Source: an uncultured Herbinix sp.
GTDB lineage: Bacteria; Bacillota; Clostridia; Lachnospirales; Lachnospiraceae
Direction of reading: 5' to 3'
Length of the DNA stretch: 57,804 nt
Assembly: GCA_964590525.1 (NCBI GenBank)
Contig: CAZPWO010000001.1
Span: 1,870-59,673, forward strand
Part shown: positions 28,876-38,980 of the stretch, in pieces
Layout of the letters: each line of letters begins with the position of its first letter
How positions within the stretch are numbered: position 1 is the stretch's first letter
The notes under the pieces: generated by a model
The model's database searches: none
Seen by the model: the letters and a program-made list of their open reading frames with translations, nothing else
Told to the model about the DNA's origin: nothing
Position numbers and translations under genes: made by a program

Positions 28876-30051
28876 TCATCTAATAATATTTTTTAAGAAT
28901 GATTTACCTGCCATCTGTGAGTCAATGTTAAAATAGTCCAATATAGTTGCAGAAATATCAGCAAATGTACTTCTGGTTCCTACATTTGTGCCTTTCTTTA
29001 TGCCATCCCCATAAATTACTAAAGGGACGTATTCTCTAGAATGATCCGTTGATGGTGTAGAAGGATCACAACCATGATCAGCTGTAAACATTATAATATC
29101 ATCTTTTCCAAGCCCCTCTAATATACCGGGTAACTTAGTATCAAAGTATGTTAGGGCCCTTGCATAGCCATCTACATCATTTCTATGGCCGTATTTGGCA
29201 TCAAAGTCCACAAGGTTAATAAAACAAAGCCCTGTAAAGTCACTCTTAATATGGTCAATGGTCTTTTCTATTCCCTCTGCATTGTCCTTACTACGCACTG
29301 TAGCAGTTATCCCACTTCCAGCAAATATATCATTGATTTTACCAACGGCTAATACATCTAGACCTGCCTCTTCCAATAGATTTAGCATAGTAGTAGGGGG
29401 CAGTAAAGAATAATCATGCCGATTAGACGTTCGGCTATAGTCTGGATAATTTCCTACAAAGGGCCTTGCTATAACCCTACCAACTCCGTGTTCTCCTTGA
29501 AGAATTTCCCTTGCAATCTCACAGTATCTATAAAGCTCTTCTACTGGAACAATATCCTCATTGGCCGCTATCTGAAAGACACTATCAGCAGATGTATAAA
29601 CAATCAAAGCACCGGTTTCCTTATGCTCAATGCCATAATCTTTAATAACTTCCGTCCCTGAATATGGACGATTACATAATACTTTTCTTCCCGTCTTTTC
29701 TTCAAAAGTCTTGATAATATCATCAGGGAAACCATTTGGGTAGGTGGGAAATGGTATATGGGAGATGTGTCCTGCAATTTCCCAATGTCCCGTAGTAGTA
29801 TCTTTACCTATTGAACTTTCAGCCAACCTAGCAATGGCACCATCATAAGTCTCTGCAAGATCCTCCTTAGGAAAAACATCCCTAACCCCATCAATATTAA
29901 ACAAACCTAGCTTCTTCATATTTGGCATATAAAATTCACTGCTTTTAGAAACAGCTAGCAAGGTATTGCTCCCCACATCACCATATTCATCAGCATCAGG
30001 AAGCTCTCCTATTCCAAGGCTATCCAAGACAATCAAAAACACTCTTTTCAT
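28876..30051 (-). CDS. deoB: Phosphopentomutase
   Basis: IVLDSLGIG, GKDTTTGHWE, YTSADSVFQ, DFDAKYGHRND, TADHGCDP, TDHSRE. Confidence 0.97.
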   Translation of the reverse strand: MKRVFLIVLDSLGIGELPDADEYGDVGSNTLLAVSKSSEFYMPNMKKLGLFNIDGVRDVFPKEDLAETYDGAIARLAESSIGKDTTTGHWEIAGHISHIPFPTYPNGFPDDIIKTFEEKTGRKVLCNRPYSGTEVIKDYGIEHKETGALIVYTSADSVFQIAANEDIVPVEELYRYCEIAREILQGEHGVGRVIARPFVGNYPDYSRTSNRHDYSLLPPTTMLNLLEEAGLDVLAVGKINDIFAGSGITATVRSKDNAEGIEKTIDHIKSDFTGLCFINLVDFDAKYGHRNDVDGYARALTYFDTKLPGILEGLGKDDIIMFTADHGCDPSTPSTDHSREYVPLVIYGDGIKKGTNVGTRSTFADISATILDYFNIDSQMAGKSFLKNIIR

Positions 30052-30232
30052 TTTTAAAAACCTCCTTCTTTTTTCTGTTATTACTTTCTACAATGTTATA
30101 AAATGTACAAATTGTTAAATAAAAATATAAAATGAATTATATACTTATTGCTAACTCCTAATTTCTGTGCTATTATTATATCATTTACTAGGCTTGTTTA
30201 GTAATTATTTTTAAATTGAAGGGTTGTGCAAG

Positions 30233-30916
30233 ATGAGTTTTAAAGAAAAATCTAAAAATTTTCTCTACAAATATAGGCACGGAGCCATACTGTCATATTT
30301 TTTCATCTATATGATTTGGTTTACATATCTAGAGAGAAATGTTGTAGAATACACTGTTGTTTATTCAAAATACGATGATCTGATCCCCTTTATGGAGATA
30401 TTTGTCATACCCTACTTTTTATGGTTTGCCTTTATTTTTGTAACCGTAGCATATTTCTTCTTTAAGTCAAAAACAGATTTTTATAAATGCTGCGCTTATC
30501 TTTTTATAGGAATGACAATATGCTTAGTTATTTATACCATATGGCCAAATGGGCAACACCTAAGGGTTGATCTGGATTCTTTAGGAAGAAGCAATATCTT
30601 TACATCCTTAGTCTCTAGAATATATAGGTTAGATACCCCTACAAATGTATTTCCAAGCATTCATGTATTTAATTCTATTGGAGTTATGATAGCTATTAGA
30701 AAAAATCAAACATTAGCTGACATCAAGTGGGTTCAATGGTCCGCTAGAATCCTAACTATCCTAATTTCATTATCAACTGTATTTTTAAAACAACATTCAG
30801 TCTTAGATATTCTTTCAGCTATAATACTAAGTATTATAATGTACCTTATAGTTTATGTTCCTAACTGGAGTAGAGCAGAGGAACCATTAGATCAAGAAAA
30901 ACTATCGGAGATATAA
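30233..30916 (+). CDS. PAP2-superfamily membrane phosphoesterase/phosphotransferase
   Basis: Multi-TM; NVFPSIH and KQHSVLD motifs. Confidence 0.8.
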   Translation: MSFKEKSKNFLYKYRHGAILSYFFIYMIWFTYLERNVVEYTVVYSKYDDLIPFMEIFVIPYFLWFAFIFVTVAYFFFKSKTDFYKCCAYLFIGMTICLVIYTIWPNGQHLRVDLDSLGRSNIFTSLVSRIYRLDTPTNVFPSIHVFNSIGVMIAIRKNQTLADIKWVQWSARILTILISLSTVFLKQHSVLDILSAIILSIIMYLIVYVPNWSRAEEPLDQEKLSEI

Positions 30917-30929
30917 TATATATACTAAT

Positions 30930-30974
30930 AAAAATAGGTCTCTTGCAATTATTTTTGCAGAAACCTATTTTTTT
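30930..30974. terminator. Bidirectional terminator between convergent genes
   Basis: aaaaatagg...tgcaa/ttgca...cctattttt. Confidence 0.7.
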
Positions 30975-30981
30975 ATATCTA

Positions 30982-31998
30982 TTAATTGAATTTATATATC
31001 TTTTTGGCTACACTGTATCCTGTTCTCACTATTTTACGTCCTGTTTTGCCTGGTAGATGCATTGCCCATCCAAGAAATTTGGACTTTATCTTTTTATGAA
31101 CCCACTGGTTGTCCTCTTTTAAGTGGTCCCATAAATCTTCTTTCTTCTTAAGACTTTCCTCACTGCCTTCCCTTATTAAAAAGACAGAACAGATTGTCAT
31201 CATCATAGTAAGATAATTAATCATATACTTCTGTAGTTTTTTATTTTTAACCTTAGATAAATTATGGGATTCCACCATAATCCTTGTAATTTTTATCTGT
31301 TGATCAATACGCTTTGTCATAACATCCTCATTAACTGACTGATCATCCCTCCCAATGAAGTAACGATAAAAATCAACATCCATATAGTACATCGTTTTAA
31401 CAAAGGGTAATGGATAATATACAAGAATGTTATCCACATAAAAGGTGTGTTTAGGTAGCTTTACTCCACAATCCTTAAGCAACTTTGTACGATAAATAGC
31501 TGAATGCATTAAAATATATTGATTTATCCTAAAATGCATTATGTCATCCCAAGTAAATATCTTATCCTTTGGTAAGGCCTTGTCATATCTCATTACTTTC
31601 TTTCTTTTGGCTCCAACCTTTTCATAAACATAGTTTACAATAAATAAATCCGGGGCTTTATTATCAGCTATTAACTCTTTAAGTTTAATCATAACATCTT
31701 TAAGGGCTTTTTCGTCTACCCAATCATCACTATCTACCACTTTATAGTACATTCCCCTAGCATTAGCTAATCCTGTATTAACTCCTTCACCATGTCCGCC
31801 ATTCTCTTGACTTATCACCCTAACCATATCAGGATATTCTTTTTGATACTCTTGAGCTATCTTCAGGGTATTATCAGTAGAGCCATCATTAATTATAATT
31901 ATCTCCAGCTCATCTCCACCTGTTAAAAGAGTTTCAATGGCATGGCTCAAATAATCCTCAGAATTATAAGAAGGTACGGCCACTGTCATTAACTTCAT
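30982..31998 (-). CDS. Glycosyltransferase family 2
   Basis: VPSYN, INDGSTD, ENGGHG, VDSDD. Confidence 0.92.
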   Translation of the reverse strand: MKLMTVAVPSYNSEDYLSHAIETLLTGGDELEIIIINDGSTDNTLKIAQEYQKEYPDMVRVISQENGGHGEGVNTGLANARGMYYKVVDSDDWVDEKALKDVMIKLKELIADNKAPDLFIVNYVYEKVGAKRKKVMRYDKALPKDKIFTWDDIMHFRINQYILMHSAIYRTKLLKDCGVKLPKHTFYVDNILVYYPLPFVKTMYYMDVDFYRYFIGRDDQSVNEDVMTKRIDQQIKITRIMVESHNLSKVKNKKLQKYMINYLTMMMTICSVFLIREGSEESLKKKEDLWDHLKEDNQWVHKKIKSKFLGWAMHLPGKTGRKIVRTGYSVAKKIYKFN

Positions 31999-32022
31999 AT
32001 TCTCTCTTCTCCCTCTGTTTCC

Positions 32023-33141
32023 TTAAACTAAGTTTTCAGGATTTAGACATTCTAATTCCTTAACCACAAAACGACCATCTTTACGAATTAAAACATCATC
32101 AAAATAGATCTCCCCACCGCCGTATTCTGGGGTTTGAATGCAAACCAAATCCCAATGAATTGCAGAACTATTTCCATTTGGTGCTTCTTCCTCATAACAG
32201 TTGCCAGGGGTAAAATGAAAAGAGCCCATAATTTTTTCATCAAATAAAGTATCCTTCATTGGATCTAATATATAAGGGTTGACACCAATAGCAAACTCAC
32301 CAATATAACGTGCTCCTTCATCCGTATCAAGTACTTGATTAATACGGTCTGTGTTATTAGCTGTTGCCTCTACAATTTTTCCATTTTCAAAACGAAATTT
32401 AATATTTTCATATGTGAATCCCTGATAAACCGACGGAGTATTATATGATAAAACTCCATTCACCGAATCCCTTACTGGTGCTGTATAAATCTCTCCGTCT
32501 GGTATATTGGCTTTTCCATCACATGGAATAGCTGGAATACCCTTAATGGAAAATGTCAAATCTGTTTCTGGACCAGTAATTCTCACCTTGTCTGTACGGT
32601 TCATATAATCTACTAAACTTTCCATAGCCTTACCCATCTTGCCATAATCAAGATTACAAACCTTAAAATAAAATTCCTCAAAAGCCTCTTTACTCATATT
32701 GGCAAGCTGTGCCATAGATGAGTTTGGATAACGTAATACTACCCATCTTGTCTTTTTCACCCTAACATCATGGTGAACTGGCGTCTGATAGTAGGTCTCA
32801 AAAATCTTCATCTTCTCTGATGGAACATCGGAGTTTTCAGCTATATTATCTGAACCTCTAACTCCAACATAACAGTCCATTTGCTCCATCTTAGCTGCAT
32901 CTATTCTTGCTGATAAAGACATTTGCTCTTGGTTACAATTCAGAAGAAGCTCTCTTTCAAGAACCGGATCTGTATAGTTAACAAATGGAACACCACCCAC
33001 CTTGTATACCTCCTTAACAAGTTGCCTTGCCAGATCCTGAGTTGACATTCCTATATAATTAATGTAAACATTGTCACCTTCTTTTACTTCCATAGAATAA
33101 TTAACTAAATTTTTTGCTAGTTGCTTAATTCTTTCATCCAT
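32023..33141 (-). CDS. Aminopeptidase, M29 (AmpS/T) family
   Basis: NIPDGE, IGEFAIG, LFDEKI, HFTPG, SAIHWD. Confidence 0.92.
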   Translation of the reverse strand: MDERIKQLAKNLVNYSMEVKEGDNVYINYIGMSTQDLARQLVKEVYKVGGVPFVNYTDPVLERELLLNCNQEQMSLSARIDAAKMEQMDCYVGVRGSDNIAENSDVPSEKMKIFETYYQTPVHHDVRVKKTRWVVLRYPNSSMAQLANMSKEAFEEFYFKVCNLDYGKMGKAMESLVDYMNRTDKVRITGPETDLTFSIKGIPAIPCDGKANIPDGEIYTAPVRDSVNGVLSYNTPSVYQGFTYENIKFRFENGKIVEATANNTDRINQVLDTDEGARYIGEFAIGVNPYILDPMKDTLFDEKIMGSFHFTPGNCYEEEAPNGNSSAIHWDLVCIQTPEYGGGEIYFDDVLIRKDGRFVVKELECLNPENLV

Positions 33142-33173
33142 ATTATATCTCCTTTATTTGATTATGATATTGG

Positions 33174-35723
33174 TTATTCAAGATAGGAAATAAACATATT
33201 CCCTGATTCATTAAATAATCCAGTACTTTCCTTTAATCCCATCTTTACTGGTATCCCTTTACTAGGGTCTATAACCATAATATTATAGGAATCGTATCCA
33301 TAGATTAATACAGCCTCATGATTACTTGTCATGGCAATGATTGGCCTAGCTTTTCCTACAAAATACAGTAGATCATCTAGGTTAAGGCCAGTTAAACTAA
33401 TTGGCCTTAAGTCAGAATATTCATTAAGAATGTCCATAATTGACCTTCCATCAACAAGTAGTTCTTCTATATCTAGTTTGTTTCCCTGATATTCCAGCAT
33501 AAGCTTTATACAAGTTTCAATAGTTTTATCAGATGTCTGCGTCCAAGACATGCCCTCAAAAGAATTAATTATATAGCTGCTAGGATTTACTCCCCTTTCC
33601 CATACAATACGGTTTTCCCTATCAAGTACCACTCCTATATGGTCCCTAGCTATCTCAATCGCCTTAAAGGCTTCCCTATAAGCAGCATCTACACCATTAT
33701 ATAAATAAGGATAATAAAGTGTAGGCTCATGGATATCCACAGCAATTCTAAGGGTGGGATCATCTGAAATCACCGTATTAACAGCTGACGTAACTGTAGG
33801 GAGCTCGCCCATGTTAAAGCTGTCTGGCAACTTAAGATAAAGCTCAGTTAAAGCTTGTTCCGTTACCCTAGTCCTTACCTCTACCGCTGACTTCTTATTA
33901 GTAGGTTGATTCATGATATAATCTCTACCTGCTTGAGAAAATGTCAACTTTCCATTATCATATACCTTTTTAATCAAGTTTAACTCTATAATATTATCAT
34001 GAACATTAATATTATTAATATAATGTTCAGCTTTATTATAATCCTTTAGTATATCTTTGTCTATAGATGCAATCTCTAGCAAGTTAAGGGGAACCATTAC
34101 TTGTCCATCTAATAAGGTTACAATGTCCTCATTAGATACGTAACCATATATAATGTTTCTATCTATTTTATCCAATAACTTTATATTAAAGCCTGGACCT
34201 GCATCAACCCTATCAATCTCACCACTTTCAAGGTTCATTATCTTAATTTCCTTAGATAATCTAGGGTCTGAATTAACTTGCCAGACCACATAGTTAGTTC
34301 CTTCAAGCACTACTATATTATCTTCATAAACATCTTCCTCCAAGATAATAAGTTCATGGGTAATTTGATCATATGCATACATATTGTTAAAGATATGAAA
34401 ATAAAACACTTCAAGGGCATTTACATAGGCCAACTGGCCTAAACTTTCTTTCAACATGTCATAGGATTCATCAATAGGGATAAATACCTTCTCTTCAATT
34501 CGGTTATCAGCCCTAATATACTTATAAAGAATAATCCCTACCCTACCTTCATAATATCCCCTATTCATATATCCATAAACTATAAAGTCTATATCCCCTT
34601 CCTCGCTAACATTCAGCAAGCTAACATCATGCTGGTCATAAAAATCTCTTTTATAATCAGTTTCCTCTTGACGAAATGAGAAAACTCTTACCATCTCATT
34701 ATCTTCCATGTTATAAAACCATAATTCCTTATTTCTTACAAAAACAAGCTTCTTCTTATCAGAACTAATAAGGTATGGTAGTTCATACTGTGATGATATT
34801 CCTAGTTTTAATTCATTTTGTGAGATACTAGCTAGACTAATATCAAAAACAGCCTCCATGGTTCGCTCATAATTAAGAAGAAACATCCGACTCGAGCTGT
34901 ATCTAACCCGGTAAAACTCTTTTACTTTAAATAACTCCATCTTCCCTGATAAGTTTGCTTGAACAAAATAATCCAATACAATATAGGCTATATCAGATTG
35001 AATTTCAATAACAGATGGTACAATATCTGTTATAAATTCTACCTGTAAATCCCCCCATGTTATTAAGTCAAAACTTGAATGAATATTAACTTGTGATAGG
35101 GAAGTATTATCAGCCTTCCCCCCATCAGGCTCTAAGTACCTGGTGATATCATTGGCCGTTTCTTTATCTTTAATAGCATTATGAAATTCTTTTATATAAG
35201 ATAGACTTTCATGTAGATATATGTTTTCAAGACGTTTAACCCTATTATAGTAGTACATCTTTTTGCTCTCGCTGGTAATCAGTGTGATTTTTACAACATA
35301 TTCTTTTTCAACTTCTAGCTCTTCCTTAAACTTTATCCTGGCCGTTAGATAATTTCCATCTTGACCAAAGACACTGACTGAATCTTTCTCAATAAGCCTA
35401 TTTCCTACTGGCTCTCTTAGTTCATAATTTAATTTCTTTATATCATATTCTTCTTCACTAATAATTACTTCAAGCTCCTGATCAGCAGCTAAAGGACTTA
35501 TACTTTCCCTTACAGTATTAGCATTGAGATTACTGCTATAACCATGAAGAAGGTTTATAGTATCCTCTCCTAGTCTGATTGTTACTAGAGGAAATGTTGC
35601 TTCCGACATCTCTATGGTATTATCAACATCAAAAGTAACCTCTTTAATATCTCTACTGAAATAAAATAAAGAAGCCAAAAAAACTCCTGATAAAATTAAA
35701 ATTCTATAAATATATTTTAACAT
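33174..35723 (-). CDS. Large membrane-anchored hypothetical protein with a C39-like C-terminal region
   Basis: N-terminal TM; C-terminal AVLIYGYD...IMVIDP; start placed at 35723 behind AGGAGA. Confidence 0.75.
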   Translation of the reverse strand: MLKYIYRILILSGVFLASLFYFSRDIKEVTFDVDNTIEMSEATFPLVTIRLGEDTINLLHGYSSNLNANTVRESISPLAADQELEVIISEEEYDIKKLNYELREPVGNRLIEKDSVSVFGQDGNYLTARIKFKEELEVEKEYVVKITLITSESKKMYYYNRVKRLENIYLHESLSYIKEFHNAIKDKETANDITRYLEPDGGKADNTSLSQVNIHSSFDLITWGDLQVEFITDIVPSVIEIQSDIAYIVLDYFVQANLSGKMELFKVKEFYRVRYSSSRMFLLNYERTMEAVFDISLASISQNELKLGISSQYELPYLISSDKKKLVFVRNKELWFYNMEDNEMVRVFSFRQEETDYKRDFYDQHDVSLLNVSEEGDIDFIVYGYMNRGYYEGRVGIILYKYIRADNRIEEKVFIPIDESYDMLKESLGQLAYVNALEVFYFHIFNNMYAYDQITHELIILEEDVYEDNIVVLEGTNYVVWQVNSDPRLSKEIKIMNLESGEIDRVDAGPGFNIKLLDKIDRNIIYGYVSNEDIVTLLDGQVMVPLNLLEIASIDKDILKDYNKAEHYINNINVHDNIIELNLIKKVYDNGKLTFSQAGRDYIMNQPTNKKSAVEVRTRVTEQALTELYLKLPDSFNMGELPTVTSAVNTVISDDPTLRIAVDIHEPTLYYPYLYNGVDAAYREAFKAIEIARDHIGVVLDRENRIVWERGVNPSSYIINSFEGMSWTQTSDKTIETCIKLMLEYQGNKLDIEELLVDGRSIMDILNEYSDLRPISLTGLNLDDLLYFVGKARPIIAMTSNHEAVLIYGYDSYNIMVIDPSKGIPVKMGLKESTGLFNESGNMFISYLE

Positions 35724-35866
35724 TTTAATTCTTTCTCCTGTAATCGTTATACTATTGAACCTGAGCAAAACCCTTATTTGCCTATTGCATATCTTAACAC
35801 ATTTGTTTTGTTTTTTATAGGGCTTTACTATAAATGAATTGTTTTTTTATTATTGTAATAACAATT

Positions 35867-35894
35867 CACACTAACCATTGTAATGCATATACTA
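35867..35894 (+). promoter_or_regulatory. Putative sigmaK promoter
   Basis: AC(35868-69)-16 nt-CATATACTA(35886-94). Confidence 0.5.
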
Positions 35895-35916
35895 ATAATA
35901 AAAAGGCAGGTGTAAC

Positions 35917-36387
35917 ATGATAGAAGATTCACCTAAACCTAGAGAGCAAGGCTATCCTCATCTAAATGTAGCTAGTAATACTTTAGGCGTTAATCCATAC
36001 TCTGTACCTATGGGAATTCCCATGTATCCCTTATATGGATATGACAATAGCCAGGATCTAGACAAAGACTTTAAGTACATGCAGCAACTATATCCCCGCA
36101 TAGCTAAAAACATAGTAGAAGAAGTAGTTAAAGAGTGCAATAAATTAGATTACGATGGTAGTTTTATGTATGACGAATACCCTGATAAAGTTTCTTTAGA
36201 TAAGATTGTAGACCGCATCTCTCTAAATATTCAAGCTGTAGATGAAGATGATAAGACAAAAGTAAAATCAACTTCTTTTTATCCAAGGCAAAGACGCAAC
36301 AACTTAAGGGATATTGTTTCAATAATATTGCTCAATGAAATGTTCAACAGAAGAAGGCGTTATAGAAGCAAGAGACGCTGGTATTAA
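35917..36387 (+). CDS. Hypothetical protein, probably sporulation or coat related
   Basis: aggtg RBS; Tyr/Pro-rich N-terminus, YDGSFMYDEYPD core, Arg-rich C-terminus; own terminator. Confidence 0.8.
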   Translation: MIEDSPKPREQGYPHLNVASNTLGVNPYSVPMGIPMYPLYGYDNSQDLDKDFKYMQQLYPRIAKNIVEEVVKECNKLDYDGSFMYDEYPDKVSLDKIVDRISLNIQAVDEDDKTKVKSTSFYPRQRRNNLRDIVSIILLNEMFNRRRRYRSKRRWY

Positions 36388-36389
36388 AA

Positions 36390-36438
36390 AAAAGACATTA
36401 CAATTTTATCTGTTAAGGATTCCATTGTAATGTCTTTT
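36390..36438. terminator. Bidirectional terminator
   Basis: aaaagacattacaat / attgtaatgtctttt. Confidence 0.8.
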
Positions 36439-36467
36439 TATATTTATTGTTTTATACTTTATCGTCC

Positions 36468-37271
36468 TTAATTAATAATTGGGGAGGCTAAATACAGTTT
36501 TGTTTTATCAGCTTCCTCATCATAATTAACAAGAATATGAATATTCACCTTACTTCCAAGGGATGTAATATACTCATTAATAAGTCCTGTGTATCCATAC
36601 ACTGTATAAACCCCGTCCTCATTGTATTCAAAAGCAATCTCACCTTGTAAATCCTTAATCATAAGATTTGCAATATGTTCCTGCTCATCCTTTTGTAATT
36701 TCCCTTGATAGCTTCCCACATATTGCATAGTAACTTGCCTTTCCTTAATGCCAAGATCATCAAGGGTCCCTATAAGAAGATCCTTATAACGTTCTATTTC
36801 GTGAATACTTCTTTGAATGTTTAAACTTACCATTATATAGTGATTAATCTTAACCGTTTCACCCTCAGGCCTTTCAATACTAATTAATTTAATCAATGTA
36901 TCCGCAGATTTTGCATTCTTTTCAAAGTAATAGACAGTTCGTTTTTCTTCTCTAATAACTGTAATCTCCTTGTCAATTTCAAGGCCTATTGACTCTGCAA
37001 TAAAATAAATAGTATGTTTTTTCTCAGTTTCACTTAAAAAATCTTTCTCATACTGGGCAATTATTTCTACACTAGAACCTTGCTCCTCGGCCTGGGTTTT
37101 TACAAATGCTTGGGTAATCTGAAAACTTTCAGCAAAGATATGATTTACAGCTATCTGACTTGCAAGGGCAACCCAAAGAACAAGAGCAATATATAAAACA
37201 ATCTTTGTTTTTCTCGATCTTAGTGTTTCTTTTAACTTTTCCATAAATTCGTCTAATTTGTTTGTAGTCAA
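36468..37271 (-). CDS. YwmB family (TATA-box-binding-like) protein
   Basis: N-terminal TM; VYGYT...VNIHI..NY....TKLYLASPII C-terminal signature. Confidence 0.75.
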   Translation of the reverse strand: MTTNKLDEFMEKLKETLRSRKTKIVLYIALVLWVALASQIAVNHIFAESFQITQAFVKTQAEEQGSSVEIIAQYEKDFLSETEKKHTIYFIAESIGLEIDKEITVIREEKRTVYYFEKNAKSADTLIKLISIERPEGETVKINHYIMVSLNIQRSIHEIERYKDLLIGTLDDLGIKERQVTMQYVGSYQGKLQKDEQEHIANLMIKDLQGEIAFEYNEDGVYTVYGYTGLINEYITSLGSKVNIHILVNYDEEADKTKLYLASPIIN

Positions 37272-37335
37272 CTACTAATCCTCCATTCTCCTTTATAGGA
37301 TACCTTTAGATTTAGTATTGACATAAATTAGGCTT

Positions 37336-37788
37336 TTAAACATCTATATCACGTAGCTTGTACATTGTTTTTTTAACCAACCTTGATAATTCTACGTAAC
37401 ACTCCTCGTATTCTAACAATGAGCCGCCGTAAGGATCAGTTACGTCACCTTCTTCACCAACAAACCCTTTAATTGTTTCAACTGTTGCACCTGTAAATTC
37501 CTCCAATATATTAAGTTTATGGCTTTCCGTCATAGTAAGTATCAGAGTATTGTCATCTATATCTTGTTGCTTTAATCCCTTAGCAACATGATTAGAAGAT
37601 TCTAAGCTATATTTGTTTAGGACAACCTCTGCTTTAGGATTGATTGGTTCACTAAACAAGACTACAAGACCTCTAGAGCTTACCTGTATCTCATCTTCTT
37701 GATCCAAGTTTTTATATATAGCCTCTGCCATAGGACTTCTACATGTATTACCTGTACATACAAAAATCAATTTATTGAACTTTCTCAT
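37336..37788 (-). CDS. ywlE: Low-molecular-weight protein arginine phosphatase, YwlE-like
   Basis: CTGNTCRS (Thr variant), DPYGG; adjacent to sua5/ywlC as in Bacillus. Confidence 0.8.
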   Translation of the reverse strand: MRKFNKLIFVCTGNTCRSPMAEAIYKNLDQEDEIQVSSRGLVVLFSEPINPKAEVVLNKYSLESSNHVAKGLKQQDIDDNTLILTMTESHKLNILEEFTGATVETIKGFVGEEGDVTDPYGGSLLEYEECYVELSRLVKKTMYKLRDIDV

Positions 37789-37828
37789 GAATTAGCACCT
37801 CCAGTGCGCCTTTTTGTCCAGCCTTTTT

Positions 37829-38884
37829 CTATACATTAATAAGATGATATCCTGCTGCCTTTAGCAATCGATTCATTATTGCTTGTCCTAATTCCTTTTC
37901 TGAAAAACTCTCAGAAAATATATAATCTACATGACCTTCATCAAATTCTCTTAGTGCACTATATAATCCAGCTGCAATCGTAGCTTCGTCTTTTCTTGTT
38001 CCTACGGCTTTGACAAGACCGTTTTTATATAACTCCTTAGTCTCCTCAGTACTAATAATGCCCACCTTTGCTCCCGAATCAGTTATTTCCTTTGCCTTTG
38101 CATTAATGGTAGAAACCACCTTGTGTGGATTACCTTGATAAATAACCAGCTTACCCTCTGGAGCATAATGGCGATATTTCATTCCTGGTGCCTTAGGGAT
38201 AATGCTTTCATCTGCTTGTTTGGAAAGAATAACTGGATCATATTCAATAGGTCCTATTACATTCTCAAGCATTGTTTTTGTAATAGACCCTGGTCTCAAT
38301 ATCATAGCTCCACCTGCGGAAAGGTCCACAATGGTTGATTCTAAACCAAGAGTTGCTTTACCACCATCTATAATCATATGGATCTTTCCTCCAAGATCAT
38401 GATAGACATGGTCTGCTTGTGTGGGACTAGGCTTTCCTGAAATATTTGCACTAGGGGCTGCAATATATATGCCTGAATAAGCAATTAAATCCCTAGCTAT
38501 CTTATTAGCTGGAAGCCTTATTCCTACCGTATCTAACCCACCAGTAGTATTGTTGGGCACCTTGTCTTTTTTATTTAAAATCATGGTTAATGGCCCGGGC
38601 CAAAAGACTTTAGCCAGCTCATAGGCTTTGTCTGGTATATCCCTAGCTAAGTCCTCCATATCCTTGACTTCTGATATATGAACAATCAAAGGATTGTCAG
38701 AAGGCCTCCCTTTTGCTTTATATATTTTACTGGAAACTTCCTTGTCTAAGGCATTCCCTCCAAGTCCATATACAGTTTCTGTGGGAAAGGCCACTAAGCC
38801 TCCCTTTTTAAGAATAGAAACTGCTAAATCCAGTTCTTCTCTTTTGTACTGGTCTTCATTTATCTTTACTAATAGTGTCTCCAT
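37829..38884 (-). CDS. sua5: L-threonylcarbamoyladenylate synthase (Sua5/TsaC2)
   Basis: PTETVYGL, KGRPSDNPLIVH, APSANISG, PGMKYRHY, NRLLKAAG. Confidence 0.96.
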   Translation of the reverse strand: METLLVKINEDQYKREELDLAVSILKKGGLVAFPTETVYGLGGNALDKEVSSKIYKAKGRPSDNPLIVHISEVKDMEDLARDIPDKAYELAKVFWPGPLTMILNKKDKVPNNTTGGLDTVGIRLPANKIARDLIAYSGIYIAAPSANISGKPSPTQADHVYHDLGGKIHMIIDGGKATLGLESTIVDLSAGGAMILRPGSITKTMLENVIGPIEYDPVILSKQADESIIPKAPGMKYRHYAPEGKLVIYQGNPHKVVSTINAKAKEITDSGAKVGIISTEETKELYKNGLVKAVGTRKDEATIAAGLYSALREFDEGHVDYIFSESFSEKELGQAIMNRLLKAAGYHLINV

Positions 38885-38980
38885 ATGTTTACTCCTTGCA
38901 TCTGCTTTAACAGATACCACATATTATACCACTAAGCACCTATAAAATCTACCTGCTGAAAATCCACACTTATTATCATA

